From the NCBI GenBank assembly GCA_026418475.1, contig JAOABG010000004.1:2806-47370 (forward strand): a stretch of 44,565 bases of DNA. Direction: 5' to 3'. Shown piece after piece: positions 20,512 to 29,462 of this stretch (position 1 is its first letter; every line of letters begins with the position of its first letter). Under the pieces are notes generated by a model. It ran no database searches, was not told the DNA's origin, and saw nothing but the letters and a program-made list of their open reading frames with translations. A program made the translations under genes and the position numbers. Origin of the DNA: a bacterium (GTDB lineage Bacteria; DRYD01).

Positions 20512-20820
20512 TTATTCGCTTTCTACTATTGCTAAAACTTCACTTTCTCTTAATATCAAATATTCTTCTCCTTTAATTTTCAATTCCGTACCTGCATATT
20601 TGCCAAATAGGACTTTATCACCTTTTTTAACTGTTGGTTCAACTCTTGTGCCATTGTCCAACAACTTACCGGGACCAACTTCTACAACTTCTCCCTTTTG
20701 CGGTCTTTCCTTAGCAGTATCTGGTAAATATATACCACTTTCTGTTTTTTCATCTTGGGGTATGGGTCTTACTAATACCCTGTCTTCTAGCATTCTCAGT
20801 TTGACTGTTTGAGTTGGCAT
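20512..20820 (-). CDS. groS: Co-chaperonin GroES
   Basis: DRVLV, SGIYLPDTAKE and GEVVEVGPG motifs; GGAGGTGA RBS; directly upstream of groEL. Confidence 0.99.
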   Translation of the reverse strand: MPTQTVKLRMLEDRVLVRPIPQDEKTESGIYLPDTAKERPQKGEVVEVGPGKLLDNGTRVEPTVKKGDKVLFGKYAGTELKIKGEEYLILRESEVLAIVESE

Positions 20821-20963
20821 ATCATTTCACCTCCTTAGTTTTTACTCTTTATTGACCTTTTACATTTATAATAATACCCATTTTTTATGATTTTTATACA
20901 GTTTTTTATATATTTTTTTTAAATTATATATAAAAATTATATATTGGAAAAAATTTGAGGTTG

Positions 20964-22196
20964 TTAATAATTGAATCTTTTGAAAGCCACTACCACATTA
21001 TGTCCACCGAAACCGAATGAATTTTTTAGTGCAATGTTTATTTCTCTTCTTATGGGTTTATTGGGAGTATAGTTAAGATCACACTCTGGATCTGGAGTAT
21101 CATAGTTTATAGTTGGTGTAACGATTTGATGATATATACTTAACACTGTTGTAATTGATTCTATTACTCCTGCTGCACCTAATGTATGCCCTATCATTGA
21201 TTTGGTAGAACTGATATTAACTTTATATGCTCTGTCTTTTAAAACACTCTTTATTGCGTATGTTTCTGTTTTGTCATTGTATGGTGTTGATGTTCCATGA
21301 GCATTGATATAATCAATTTCTTCTATATCTAAGTTCTCTATTGTTTTTGATATGGCGTGTACTATACTTTTTGCTTCTGGGTCAGGAGCTGTTATGTGAT
21401 ATGCATCACATGTATGTGAATACCCAACAATCTCTGCGTATATTTTTGCCTCTCTTTTTTGAGCGTTTTTCAAACTTTCTAATATTATTGCTCCAGATCC
21501 TTCGGCTATTACAAATCCATCTCTGTTCAAATCAAATGGTCTTGAAGCTTTGTTTGGATCATTATTTTTGGATAAAGCTCCCATATTCTCAAACCCAGCT
21601 ATTGCAGACCCTACTATTGGAGCTTCTGAACCGCAAACTATCGCTATATCTACTATTCCATTTTTCACAGCTAAATAAGCTTCTCCTATTGCATGTAAAG
21701 AACTTGAACATGCACTTACATACGTTAAATTTGGACCCCTAATGTTGTATATTATTCCTATCCAGCCGGATAAGATATTGACTATCATTTTAGGGACAAA
21801 ATATGGAGAAACCTTGTCGTTACCTTTTTCTATGAGTGTTTTTATTTGTTCTTCAAAAGTTTCTATACCTCCTATTCCTGAGCCTACGAAAACTCCTATT
21901 CTAAAAGGGTCAACAGTATTTAAGTTGATAGAAGAGTCTTTCAGTGCCTGATCTACTGAAGCTATCCCAATTTGGACAAATCTGTCCATTTTTCTTATGT
22001 GTTTTTTATCTATGTAATCCAAGGGATTGAAATTTTTAACTAATCCTGCTATCTTAACTTGGAAATTTTTTGTGTCTATCCTATCATTGTATGTTATTCC
22101 ATTTTTGCCTTCAACTAAACTTTCCCAAAAGTCTTTGATAGTATTGCCAATTGGAGTTATCACACCCATTCCTGTTATTACAACTCTGTTAATCAT
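20964..22196 (-). CDS. fabF: 3-oxoacyl-ACP synthase II
   Basis: RVVITGMG, SACSS, INAHGTST, KSMIGHTLGAAG and NSFGFGGHN motifs. Confidence 0.97.
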   Translation of the reverse strand: MINRVVITGMGVITPIGNTIKDFWESLVEGKNGITYNDRIDTKNFQVKIAGLVKNFNPLDYIDKKHIRKMDRFVQIGIASVDQALKDSSINLNTVDPFRIGVFVGSGIGGIETFEEQIKTLIEKGNDKVSPYFVPKMIVNILSGWIGIIYNIRGPNLTYVSACSSSLHAIGEAYLAVKNGIVDIAIVCGSEAPIVGSAIAGFENMGALSKNNDPNKASRPFDLNRDGFVIAEGSGAIILESLKNAQKREAKIYAEIVGYSHTCDAYHITAPDPEAKSIVHAISKTIENLDIEEIDYINAHGTSTPYNDKTETYAIKSVLKDRAYKVNISSTKSMIGHTLGAAGVIESITTVLSIYHQIVTPTINYDTPDPECDLNYTPNKPIRREINIALKNSFGFGGHNVVVAFKRFNY

Positions 22197-22230
22197 AGTT
22201 TTTAAATCTCCTTGGATATTCTTGTTATTT

Positions 22231-22914
22231 TTATACTTTTTGGTTTAAAAGTGAGTATTCCAATAGATAGTTTTTTAAACCCTCATCAATTTTCTCGTAG
22301 TTGAGAATGGTTTCGAATTTTTTCTTCTCTATTTGTTTACTTTCTATTACACTTACTGTAAACTTATCTTTTTTCCTTTCTATGTACTCTATGTAAGGAA
22401 TTTTTAAAGAAACTTCTATTATGGTTTTTTGTGGTATTGGAATAGATGTAAATAAACTTATTCCATTATGAAATATTCTATATGTTTTACCTTTTTGGAT
22501 ATGTGGAACTCCTAAAGCATTGTATTCTATTTCTATTTCTACTTCGAGATCAAAGTTTGAGACCAACTCTTTGGCTTTTCCAAAGGTTTTATCTTTGAAT
22601 TTTGGTGGTTTGCTTATAACCATTATCCTTTCTGATAAGACTATTTCTTTTATCTGAGTTTCGAAATTGAATAATTTAACAATTCCATCTTTGTTTTCTA
22701 ATAAATTCGTATCAGCGTTTTTTTCTGGTGTTATTGGAACGAGATTATTTGATAAATATTGAGATAATAGTGGAACTTTCAATTCTATAGTGCTTTTTGT
22801 TGTATTTTCTATTGTTCCATATATATCTATCCATTTATCTGCCTCTATAACTGTCATTTTGATTGGACTTTCTGTGGCAAAACTGGGATCCTTTTTACCA
22901 AATAACCCAAACAT
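22231..22914 (-). CDS. Hypothetical protein, possibly a degenerate YcgR/PilZ-like two-beta-barrel protein
   Basis: Size and all-beta two-domain pattern resemble YcgR. Canonical RxxxR and DxSxxG motifs are absent. Confidence 0.5.
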   Translation of the reverse strand: MFGLFGKKDPSFATESPIKMTVIEADKWIDIYGTIENTTKSTIELKVPLLSQYLSNNLVPITPEKNADTNLLENKDGIVKLFNFETQIKEIVLSERIMVISKPPKFKDKTFGKAKELVSNFDLEVEIEIEYNALGVPHIQKGKTYRIFHNGISLFTSIPIPQKTIIEVSLKIPYIEYIERKKDKFTVSVIESKQIEKKKFETILNYEKIDEGLKNYLLEYSLLNQKV

Positions 22915-23409
22915 TTATGTCCCTCCCTTTTCTATTATTTTCCGAATAATTTTTGTCGTAGATGAATCAGGAACAAAAGGCAAAACTCTATAGACAATTT
23001 TGTACTTCTCTATGATTTTGAGTTCTGGAATTGCTTTATTATCATAGTCTCCACCTTTGAAATATACATCGGGTTTTAAATATTCAATTAATGATATTGG
23101 AGTGTCTTCTTCAAATGGAATTACAAAGTCAACCACTTCTATTGATGCTATAACTATCATCCTATCTTCAAGTGTGTTTATTGGTTTTTTAGGCCCCTTA
23201 ATTCTCTTTATACTCTCATCGGTATTAATTGCAACTACCAATATGTCACAGTATTCTTTGCTTTGATATAAATAAGTTATGTGTCCCTTATGGATTATAT
23301 CGAAACAACCATTTGTAAAGCCTATAATTTTACCAACTTCCTTGTATTTTTCAATTATTAGCTTAAGTCTTTGCCAACTATGTATTATCTTTTTTTCAAA
23401 GTGTCTCAT
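22915..23409 (-). CDS. rfaE2: D-glycero-beta-D-manno-heptose 1-phosphate adenylyltransferase (HldE domain II)
   Basis: FTNGCFDIIHKGH, NTDESIKRIKG, KGGDY and SSTT motifs. Confidence 0.93.
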   Translation of the reverse strand: MRHFEKKIIHSWQRLKLIIEKYKEVGKIIGFTNGCFDIIHKGHITYLYQSKEYCDILVVAINTDESIKRIKGPKKPINTLEDRMIVIASIEVVDFVIPFEEDTPISLIEYLKPDVYFKGGDYDNKAIPELKIIEKYKIVYRVLPFVPDSSTTKIIRKIIEKGGT

Positions 23410-24451
23410 ACTTTTGTGTTTCTCTGAGAATAAATTTGGGTAAATTTTGATTCACTTTCTGAATTTTCAGCAAATAGTTAATCAAATCTGTGGGTTTAAC
23501 TGCTATAGTACCAGGTTTTGAGACACAAATTGAACCTGCTATATTTGCTAACAAACCACTTTCTAAAGTTTCAAAACCTATTGAATTTAGTAGTCCAAAT
23601 ACGGATATAACATTATCACCAGCACCTGTAACATCAAAAACCTCTACCTCTATCCCGTCTATTTTTATAAAATTGCTCTTGTTTAGTATTGCTAGCCCAT
23701 CCTTACCAAGTGTAACCAATAATTTATTTATCCTATACTTTTTTATAAATTCAAACATGTTATGAAAAGTATCATTTTCTAGCCCTATATTTTTTGTTAT
23801 TTGTTGAAATTCTTGCTTATTTAAAGATAATAAATTTACATTTTGATTTTCCAAGAATTTTGAAAAACAGCTGAAATTTGGAGGCTTAATTGAAACACAG
23901 AAATGATTACTATTTAACGATTCCATAATTACATTAAGATTTTCATTTGTGAAAATTCCCTTGTTATAATCAATTATAAAAACTGAATCAAATTTTTGGG
24001 GTATTGATGAAACCTTATCTTTGATTATTTTTGATGGTATTTTTAGATTTTCTTTTTCTCTGTCTACTCTTGCAATTTGTTGATTATTACTTGCTATTAA
24101 CCTGGTTTTTACTATTGTTTTATCATATGTTAACGTTAAATCATTAATTCTATATCTTTTTAATAGTCTTTTTATCCTTGTGGAAAAGTGATCTTTACCA
24201 ATGATTCCTAAAAGACTGACATTTTGGGAATAATATGATAATATTTTGGCAACATTTGCTGCTCCTCCTAAATCGTTCCATTCTTTTTCAACCCTTAAAA
24301 CTGGAACAGGAGCTTCTGGTGATATCCTCTCAACTACTCCTTTTAACCACCTATCTAATATTATGTCACCTATGACCAGAATTTTGGATTTTTTTAATTC
24401 ATCTATGGTATTATTCAATTTATCTAATATTTCATTTATTTTGAGTTTCAT
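23396..24451 (-). CDS. rfaE1: D-glycero-beta-D-manno-heptose-7-phosphate kinase (HldE domain I, PfkB family)
   Basis: GDIILD, RISPEAPVPV, GGAANVA, DYNKG and DVTGAGD motifs. ATG 24451 preferred over the track start 24481. Confidence 0.92.
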   Translation of the reverse strand: MKLKINEILDKLNNTIDELKKSKILVIGDIILDRWLKGVVERISPEAPVPVLRVEKEWNDLGGAANVAKILSYYSQNVSLLGIIGKDHFSTRIKRLLKRYRINDLTLTYDKTIVKTRLIASNNQQIARVDREKENLKIPSKIIKDKVSSIPQKFDSVFIIDYNKGIFTNENLNVIMESLNSNHFCVSIKPPNFSCFSKFLENQNVNLLSLNKQEFQQITKNIGLENDTFHNMFEFIKKYRINKLLVTLGKDGLAILNKSNFIKIDGIEVEVFDVTGAGDNVISVFGLLNSIGFETLESGLLANIAGSICVSKPGTIAVKPTDLINYLLKIQKVNQNLPKFILRETQKYETL

Positions 24452-25514
24452 ATTTTTTATGTATTCTTGCAGGATTACCAATGACTATTGTATTTTCATG
24501 AACATCTTTGGTCACAACACTCCCAGCTCCTATATAAGAATTTGGACCAATTTTCTTAGGAGATATTATCACTGCATTAGACCCTATAAACGAATTTTTC
24601 TTGATTATACTTGTGTATTTATTTTTGCCATCGTAATTTGCAAAAACAACACCAGCACCAATGTTAACATTCTCTTCTATTATTAAATCTCCCAAATAAG
24701 CTAAATGTGAAGCTTTCAAATCTCCATCAACTTTTATGTTTTTACATTCAACAAATGCACCTATCTTAGAACTGTGTATTATATTATTTTCTCTGAGATG
24801 AGTAAATGGACCTACAAAATTGTTATTTATTAATTCATTTTTTGTAATAATACTGTGGGAAATGATGTTGTTAAATCCTATTTGTGAGTCGGTAATGAAA
24901 CAATTCGGACCAATTTTATTGGATTTACCTATCTCTGAGTTTATTATAAAAGTGTTATCTAAAATTGTATTGTTTTCATCCAATTTTGATAATGGGCAGA
25001 TAAAAATATTTTTTCCTAAGATAACATTATTAACTCTTTCTGTAGAATACTTTTTTATCAAATTGAAAAGTTTCTCAAAATCTTTGATTTTCCTTATTTT
25101 AAAGATGTATTCTATGGATTTTCCCAAAATATTTATGAATTTATGATCAGTTGCATTTACATTTATGGTTTTGTATTCTCTACTTTTTATTACTTTATCT
25201 TTTATTTTTTCTTTCTTATAATATAGTAAAGGAGAATTGAGATCTATTAAAACTACTTTTTCATTTTTGTTAAGTTTTGATATATCCTTTGACAGATCTA
25301 AGCTTTCTATTAAATCTATCTCCAGATTTATATTGTATAGCTTGATCAATTTTTTTATTAATTCCTGGGATTCATGGTTAATTATAAAAAGAGGTTTTTT
25401 TTGAAAATATTCATACAAATTTTCTATAAGTTTCAAAGTGGGTAGGCAAACTGGATAGTAAAAATATTGATCATCATATTTCCATTTTTCTTCCTTTGCA
25501 AATACTAATATCAT
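24432..25514 (-). CDS. glmU: GlmU-like protein: intact C-terminal LbH glucosamine-1-P acetyltransferase, degenerate N-terminal domain
   Basis: VGPFTHLR, GAFVECK, SHLAYLGD, NIGAG, NYDGKNK, FIGSN and GAGSVVTKDV present; no LAAGxGTRM motif. Confidence 0.75.
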   Translation of the reverse strand: MILVFAKEEKWKYDDQYFYYPVCLPTLKLIENLYEYFQKKPLFIINHESQELIKKLIKLYNINLEIDLIESLDLSKDISKLNKNEKVVLIDLNSPLLYYKKEKIKDKVIKSREYKTINVNATDHKFINILGKSIEYIFKIRKIKDFEKLFNLIKKYSTERVNNVILGKNIFICPLSKLDENNTILDNTFIINSEIGKSNKIGPNCFITDSQIGFNNIISHSIITKNELINNNFVGPFTHLRENNIIHSSKIGAFVECKNIKVDGDLKASHLAYLGDLIIEENVNIGAGVVFANYDGKNKYTSIIKKNSFIGSNAVIISPKKIGPNSYIGAGSVVTKDVHENTIVIGNPARIHKKYETQNK

Positions 25515-27988
25515 AAGTTAGCGGTTTTTTTTATTGGTTCAAACCTCATTGTGAAGAATCTTAAAAATGGTGGTTCATATAAAATTGATAACCCACTTAT
25601 TTTTTCTCTTATACTGAATACTTCACATATTGTGTTACTTGTGTACTCCATATGTTCATTTGTATAAACTCTTCTTGGTATGGTTATTCTAACTAATTCA
25701 AGCTCTGGATATTTGTGTTTACCTGTTTTGGGATCTCTTCCTGCAGATACTATCCCTCTTTCCATGGTTCTAACACCACCATACAAATAGATGTACGCAG
25801 CTAATGTCTGAGCAGGGAACTCTTCCTGACTTATGTGCGGCAAAAACCTTTTGGCATCAATATATATTGCATGTCCTCCTATTGGTTCTACTATTGGTAT
25901 ATTTGATGATTTTAACAGATTTCCTAAGTACCTTACCTGATCTATCCTATTTTTTAGATAATAGAAGTTGGTCATCTCAGTTATTCCTTTTGCTAACATT
26001 GCTATATCTCTGGATGACATTCCTCCGTTATAGTATTCACCCTCAAAAATCTCTATCATCTTCTTCATTTTTATGAACAAATCTGGTGATCTAACAAGTA
26101 TTAATCCACTTATATTGGTCAGTGGATCTTTTTTAGCTGAAATTGTGGCAGCATCAGCTAAACTCATTATCTCTCTTATGATACTCTTTATGTCTTTGTT
26201 TTGATATCCCTGTTCTCTTTCTTTGATGAAGAAAGCATTTTCTGCTATCCTTGTTGCATCTAATACTATAGGAATGCCATAATAATCACATATCTTTCTT
26301 ATTTGTTTTATATTTTCTAATGAGACTGGTTGTCCTCCAGCCATGTTAACATTATTTTCGATACATACGTAAGCTATATTACTTGCTCCGTTTTTCTCTA
26401 TAAAATCTACCAATTTATCCACATCTATATTACCCTTAAATGGGTGTGGAACTTCAGGTTTATAAGCTTCCTCTATGATTAAATCAACAAAAACTCCTTG
26501 GGCATATTCTTGATGAAACCTTGTTGTTGTAAAATACATGTTATTTATTACAAACTGCCCAGGTTTTATCATTGTTTGAGAAAGAACATGTTCTGCAGCT
26601 CTACCTTGATGGGTGGGTAAAAAGTACCTGAAACCAAATATATTTTCTATTGATTCTTCTAAAAGCTTATATGCTCTTTTTTGATCATACAATATTGCTA
26701 AACTCCATTGTTCGTCACTCATACTACTTGTTCCACTATCAGTTAAAAGATCTATATACACTTTTTCTGCTGGTATTAAAAAAGTGTTATATCCAGCTTT
26801 TTCTAATATTTCTTTCCTATCCTCAAAAGAGAGTAAGTTGATTATTTCTATACCCTTTAAATTATAAGAAATATAATCTCTTGGATCAATAAAATCGGAT
26901 ATGTATCTTCTGTTTTTTTGTTGTATTGCCAATTCCAAAGAGTTGACAAATAGTTCTAAGTTTTTCTTTTGATATTTCCTTGAAGGTAAATATAGAACCA
27001 TATAATTATCTTTGCTATAACCTCTTACTTGTCCTATTAAGAATAATAAATTGTTTATGTTATGAATACTATGTTTTATGTAGAAGTAATGTGCTGAGCA
27101 GCGGGGACTGATTTCAAAACCTTCAACGGAATTCGTAATTCTTTTTATTTCTTCGTATAAAAAATTAATTGATTTTTCTTTATATTCCCAAAAATTTTTG
27201 TTTTTTGCCTCTTCTAATCCTTGATTTATTATTTCCATATCTCTTCCAGCTAAACCACCGTAGGTATGTAGCCCTTCAAAGGCCACTACCCATTCTGTAA
27301 GATGCTCGTAATATTTGAAATTATCAGTTATTAACAATGCTCCTGTATTTGACATTAAGTCAAATGAACAGTCTATAACTATTATGTCAACTAGATTACT
27401 GAATTCTTTAACTTCATCTAAATTTGATTTTGTAAAAGAAAAAATATTAGAAAAATCTGCTATTGTCAGCAATGACTCTTCTTTCAATTCTGAAATCATA
27501 TTCTTTACATCATTAATACTATAATTATAACTTTTTAGGGAATTTAGGAAAAAGATTGATATTTTTTTACTGCCCTGTTGTTTGATTTTATAATAGCTGA
27601 GTATCTTTTCAAAGTGTTGATTTTCTAAAGGATTATAATTCACTAGATTAAATTGATAGTTTTCAAAATTTTCAAGTATTTTGATTATTAAGTTCCATGC
27701 TCCCTTTATATTGTGGGTGGGAATAAGGTATTCTTTGTTGAATGTCTTCTGAATATTTTGATTGAGCTTTATGAAATTTTTACTACCTGCATAGGATTCA
27801 TCTCCCAAGAATAATGCTGCATATTGGCTTTCACTTAAGCTATTTAGATTCATTCCTGATAAATCTGTCCATATATAATCTTCTTCTATTAAATTTGCAT
27901 CATTTTCTTTCTTTTCTAACAATATTCTTCTTTCTGAAATATCCAAGTACTTAGGAAAATAAACTATTTTAGCTTTATACGGTTGCAT
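25511..27988 (-). CDS. tpl: Tandem-duplicated tyrosine phenol-lyase (beta-eliminating lyase), 825 aa
   Basis: C-terminal half has GYNTFL, DLLTDSGT, THQGRAAE, NMYFTTTR, DATR, SAKKD, MERGIVSAGR and LRFFT (TPL-type, not the tryptophanase LRHFT). N-terminal half is a second, degenerate copy. Confidence 0.9.
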   Translation of the reverse strand: MQPYKAKIVYFPKYLDISERRILLEKKENDANLIEEDYIWTDLSGMNLNSLSESQYAALFLGDESYAGSKNFIKLNQNIQKTFNKEYLIPTHNIKGAWNLIIKILENFENYQFNLVNYNPLENQHFEKILSYYKIKQQGSKKISIFFLNSLKSYNYSINDVKNMISELKEESLLTIADFSNIFSFTKSNLDEVKEFSNLVDIIVIDCSFDLMSNTGALLITDNFKYYEHLTEWVVAFEGLHTYGGLAGRDMEIINQGLEEAKNKNFWEYKEKSINFLYEEIKRITNSVEGFEISPRCSAHYFYIKHSIHNINNLLFLIGQVRGYSKDNYMVLYLPSRKYQKKNLELFVNSLELAIQQKNRRYISDFIDPRDYISYNLKGIEIINLLSFEDRKEILEKAGYNTFLIPAEKVYIDLLTDSGTSSMSDEQWSLAILYDQKRAYKLLEESIENIFGFRYFLPTHQGRAAEHVLSQTMIKPGQFVINNMYFTTTRFHQEYAQGVFVDLIIEEAYKPEVPHPFKGNIDVDKLVDFIEKNGASNIAYVCIENNVNMAGGQPVSLENIKQIRKICDYYGIPIVLDATRIAENAFFIKEREQGYQNKDIKSIIREIMSLADAATISAKKDPLTNISGLILVRSPDLFIKMKKMIEIFEGEYYNGGMSSRDIAMLAKGITEMTNFYYLKNRIDQVRYLGNLLKSSNIPIVEPIGGHAIYIDAKRFLPHISQEEFPAQTLAAYIYLYGGVRTMERGIVSAGRDPKTGKHKYPELELVRITIPRRVYTNEHMEYTSNTICEVFSIREKISGLSILYEPPFLRFFTMRFEPIKKTANL

Positions 27989-28135
27989 TAGATTTTCTCC
28001 TTTCTCAAAATAATTACCCTATAGATAGTATTAATATACCTTTTTACTTTATCCTTTTTATGTAATTATATTATATAGATTTTATTATATAGATTTTAAG
28101 GGATTGGATATGTTTTTGTTGAACTATATAGCTAA

Positions 28136-28600
28136 ATGAAAAGTATTTTACTATTTTTTTTATTACTTTTCCTTATTTTTTTAGACCAGTTGACTAAACA
28201 TCTTGTCATCCATGGTTTGAGGTTTAAGTGGGGATTTTTTGAAATCACACTTGTATATAATGAGGGTAGTGCTTTTGGATTGAAATTACTAAAAAACAGT
28301 GAATATATTGTTGTAAATTCAATCATCTTATTTCTTTTCATGTTATTCATATTTTATAGGAACAGTAGGAGTCAATATATGAAAAGCCTGTATAATTTTT
28401 GTCTGGTTTTTATCCTATCTGGTGGGCTTGGAAACATAATAGATAGAATTTTTCATGGGAAAGTAATAGACTTTTTTTACATTTACAATTTCCCTGTTTT
28501 CAATCTGGCTGATGTTTTCATTACCATCGGAATGGGGATGCTCATTATGATTTTTTTCAGAGAAGAGAAGAAAATACAGGAAAGTTCTCCTCCCCCCTAG
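28136..28600 (+). CDS. lspA: Lipoprotein signal peptidase II
   Basis: DQLTK, NEGSAFG, GGLGNIIDR, VIDF and FNLAD motifs. Confidence 0.96.
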   Translation: MKSILLFFLLLFLIFLDQLTKHLVIHGLRFKWGFFEITLVYNEGSAFGLKLLKNSEYIVVNSIILFLFMLFIFYRNSRSQYMKSLYNFCLVFILSGGLGNIIDRIFHGKVIDFFYIYNFPVFNLADVFITIGMGMLIMIFFREEKKIQESSPPP

Positions 28601-28606
28601 AACATA

Positions 28607-29299
28607 CTATTCTTTGTTCTGTCTCGATTCGGATAACTTGGTTAAAGCTGCTGCAACCACACCACCTACTATTCCTCCTATTGCTGCTCCTGCCAATCCT
28701 CCGATCAAAATGTGTTCGAGATGACTAATTCCAGTTTCAAACTTTACATGGGTTTTTTGGTAAGTATCTATTATTTTGTAGTCTATTTTGGGAGAAAATC
28801 TTACCCAGTATCCGTTTACTTCTTGGTAGCATTTTTGAATATCTCCATCTCTAATACAATACTCATCTACATCTTCCCATATTGTTTGACTGTATCCTTT
28901 AAATATGGGTTCTTTAACTTCTTGTGTTGTATAGTTTACAATTGGTTTACCATGTCCTTGGAAAGTTTGAGTATATTCTTTATAGATGACTTTTCCATAT
29001 TCATCTTTTACAGGGATTTTTTCATAAACACTTTCTGTGGGGGTGTTATTCACTGATTCCCATGGCCAAGTGGGAACATACTGATTTTTGGGAATTTTAC
29101 CTATTTCATGTGTTTCGTAAATAGGTTCTTTAACTTTAACTTCTACTGTTTCAACTGGTAATGATTTTACTTTTTTATTGGCTTGTATCCCTCCAAGTAT
29201 TGAACCAACAACTGCTCCACCTGCTGCTCCTATACCTACACCTTTAACAATGTTTTCCCCTGATTTTGTTGAGGAATACAAATTATTGTTCAGTTTCAT
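28607..29299 (-). CDS. Hypothetical protein with N- and C-terminal glycine-zipper hydrophobic segments
   Basis: GVGIGAAGGAVVGSILGG and GGLAGAAIGGIVGGVVAAA flank a beta-rich region; GGAGGTGA RBS. Confidence 0.85.
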   Translation of the reverse strand: MKLNNNLYSSTKSGENIVKGVGIGAAGGAVVGSILGGIQANKKVKSLPVETVEVKVKEPIYETHEIGKIPKNQYVPTWPWESVNNTPTESVYEKIPVKDEYGKVIYKEYTQTFQGHGKPIVNYTTQEVKEPIFKGYSQTIWEDVDEYCIRDGDIQKCYQEVNGYWVRFSPKIDYKIIDTYQKTHVKFETGISHLEHILIGGLAGAAIGGIVGGVVAAALTKLSESRQNKE

Positions 29300-29351
29300 A
29301 AACTTTCACCTCCATAAAACTATAATTATTATTTACGTAATAAAAAAATAC

Positions 29352-29390
29352 TGTAAAATTTCTGAATAGTAATTGTAAAAAAAAAGTTAA
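29352..29390 (-). promoter_or_regulatory. 11-bp-phased TTTACA-like array upstream of the glycine-zipper gene
   Basis: Minus-strand hexamers TTAACT (29390-85), TTTACA (29379-74), TATTCA (29368-63) and TTTACA (29357-52). Confidence 0.35.
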
Positions 29391-29462
29391 AAAAAGTGAT
29401 TTGGGAAATATTACGAGGTAATTAATATTTCTTATAGAAAAATTAGATTGATAGTAACCAAA

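Noticed and set aside
20821-20963. CIRCE operator upstream of groES
   Set aside because: No TTAGCACTC-N9-GAGTGCTAA. Only A/T-only inverted and direct repeats, which are expected by chance here.
19138-22248. Short plus-strand ORFs opposite groEL, groES and fabF, and similar shadow ORFs elsewhere in the track
   Set aside because: They lie opposite conserved genes, with no RBS or motif support.
25511-27988. Calling the lyase tryptophanase, or a pseudogene plus gene
   Set aside because: YFTTT, MERG and LRFFT are TPL-type. The frame is continuous, and the N half keeps specifically the trans-acting motifs, unlike random decay.
29391-29462. SOS/LexA box upstream of uvrB
   Set aside because: No recognisable CTGT-N8-ACAG or GAAC-N4-GTTC motif.
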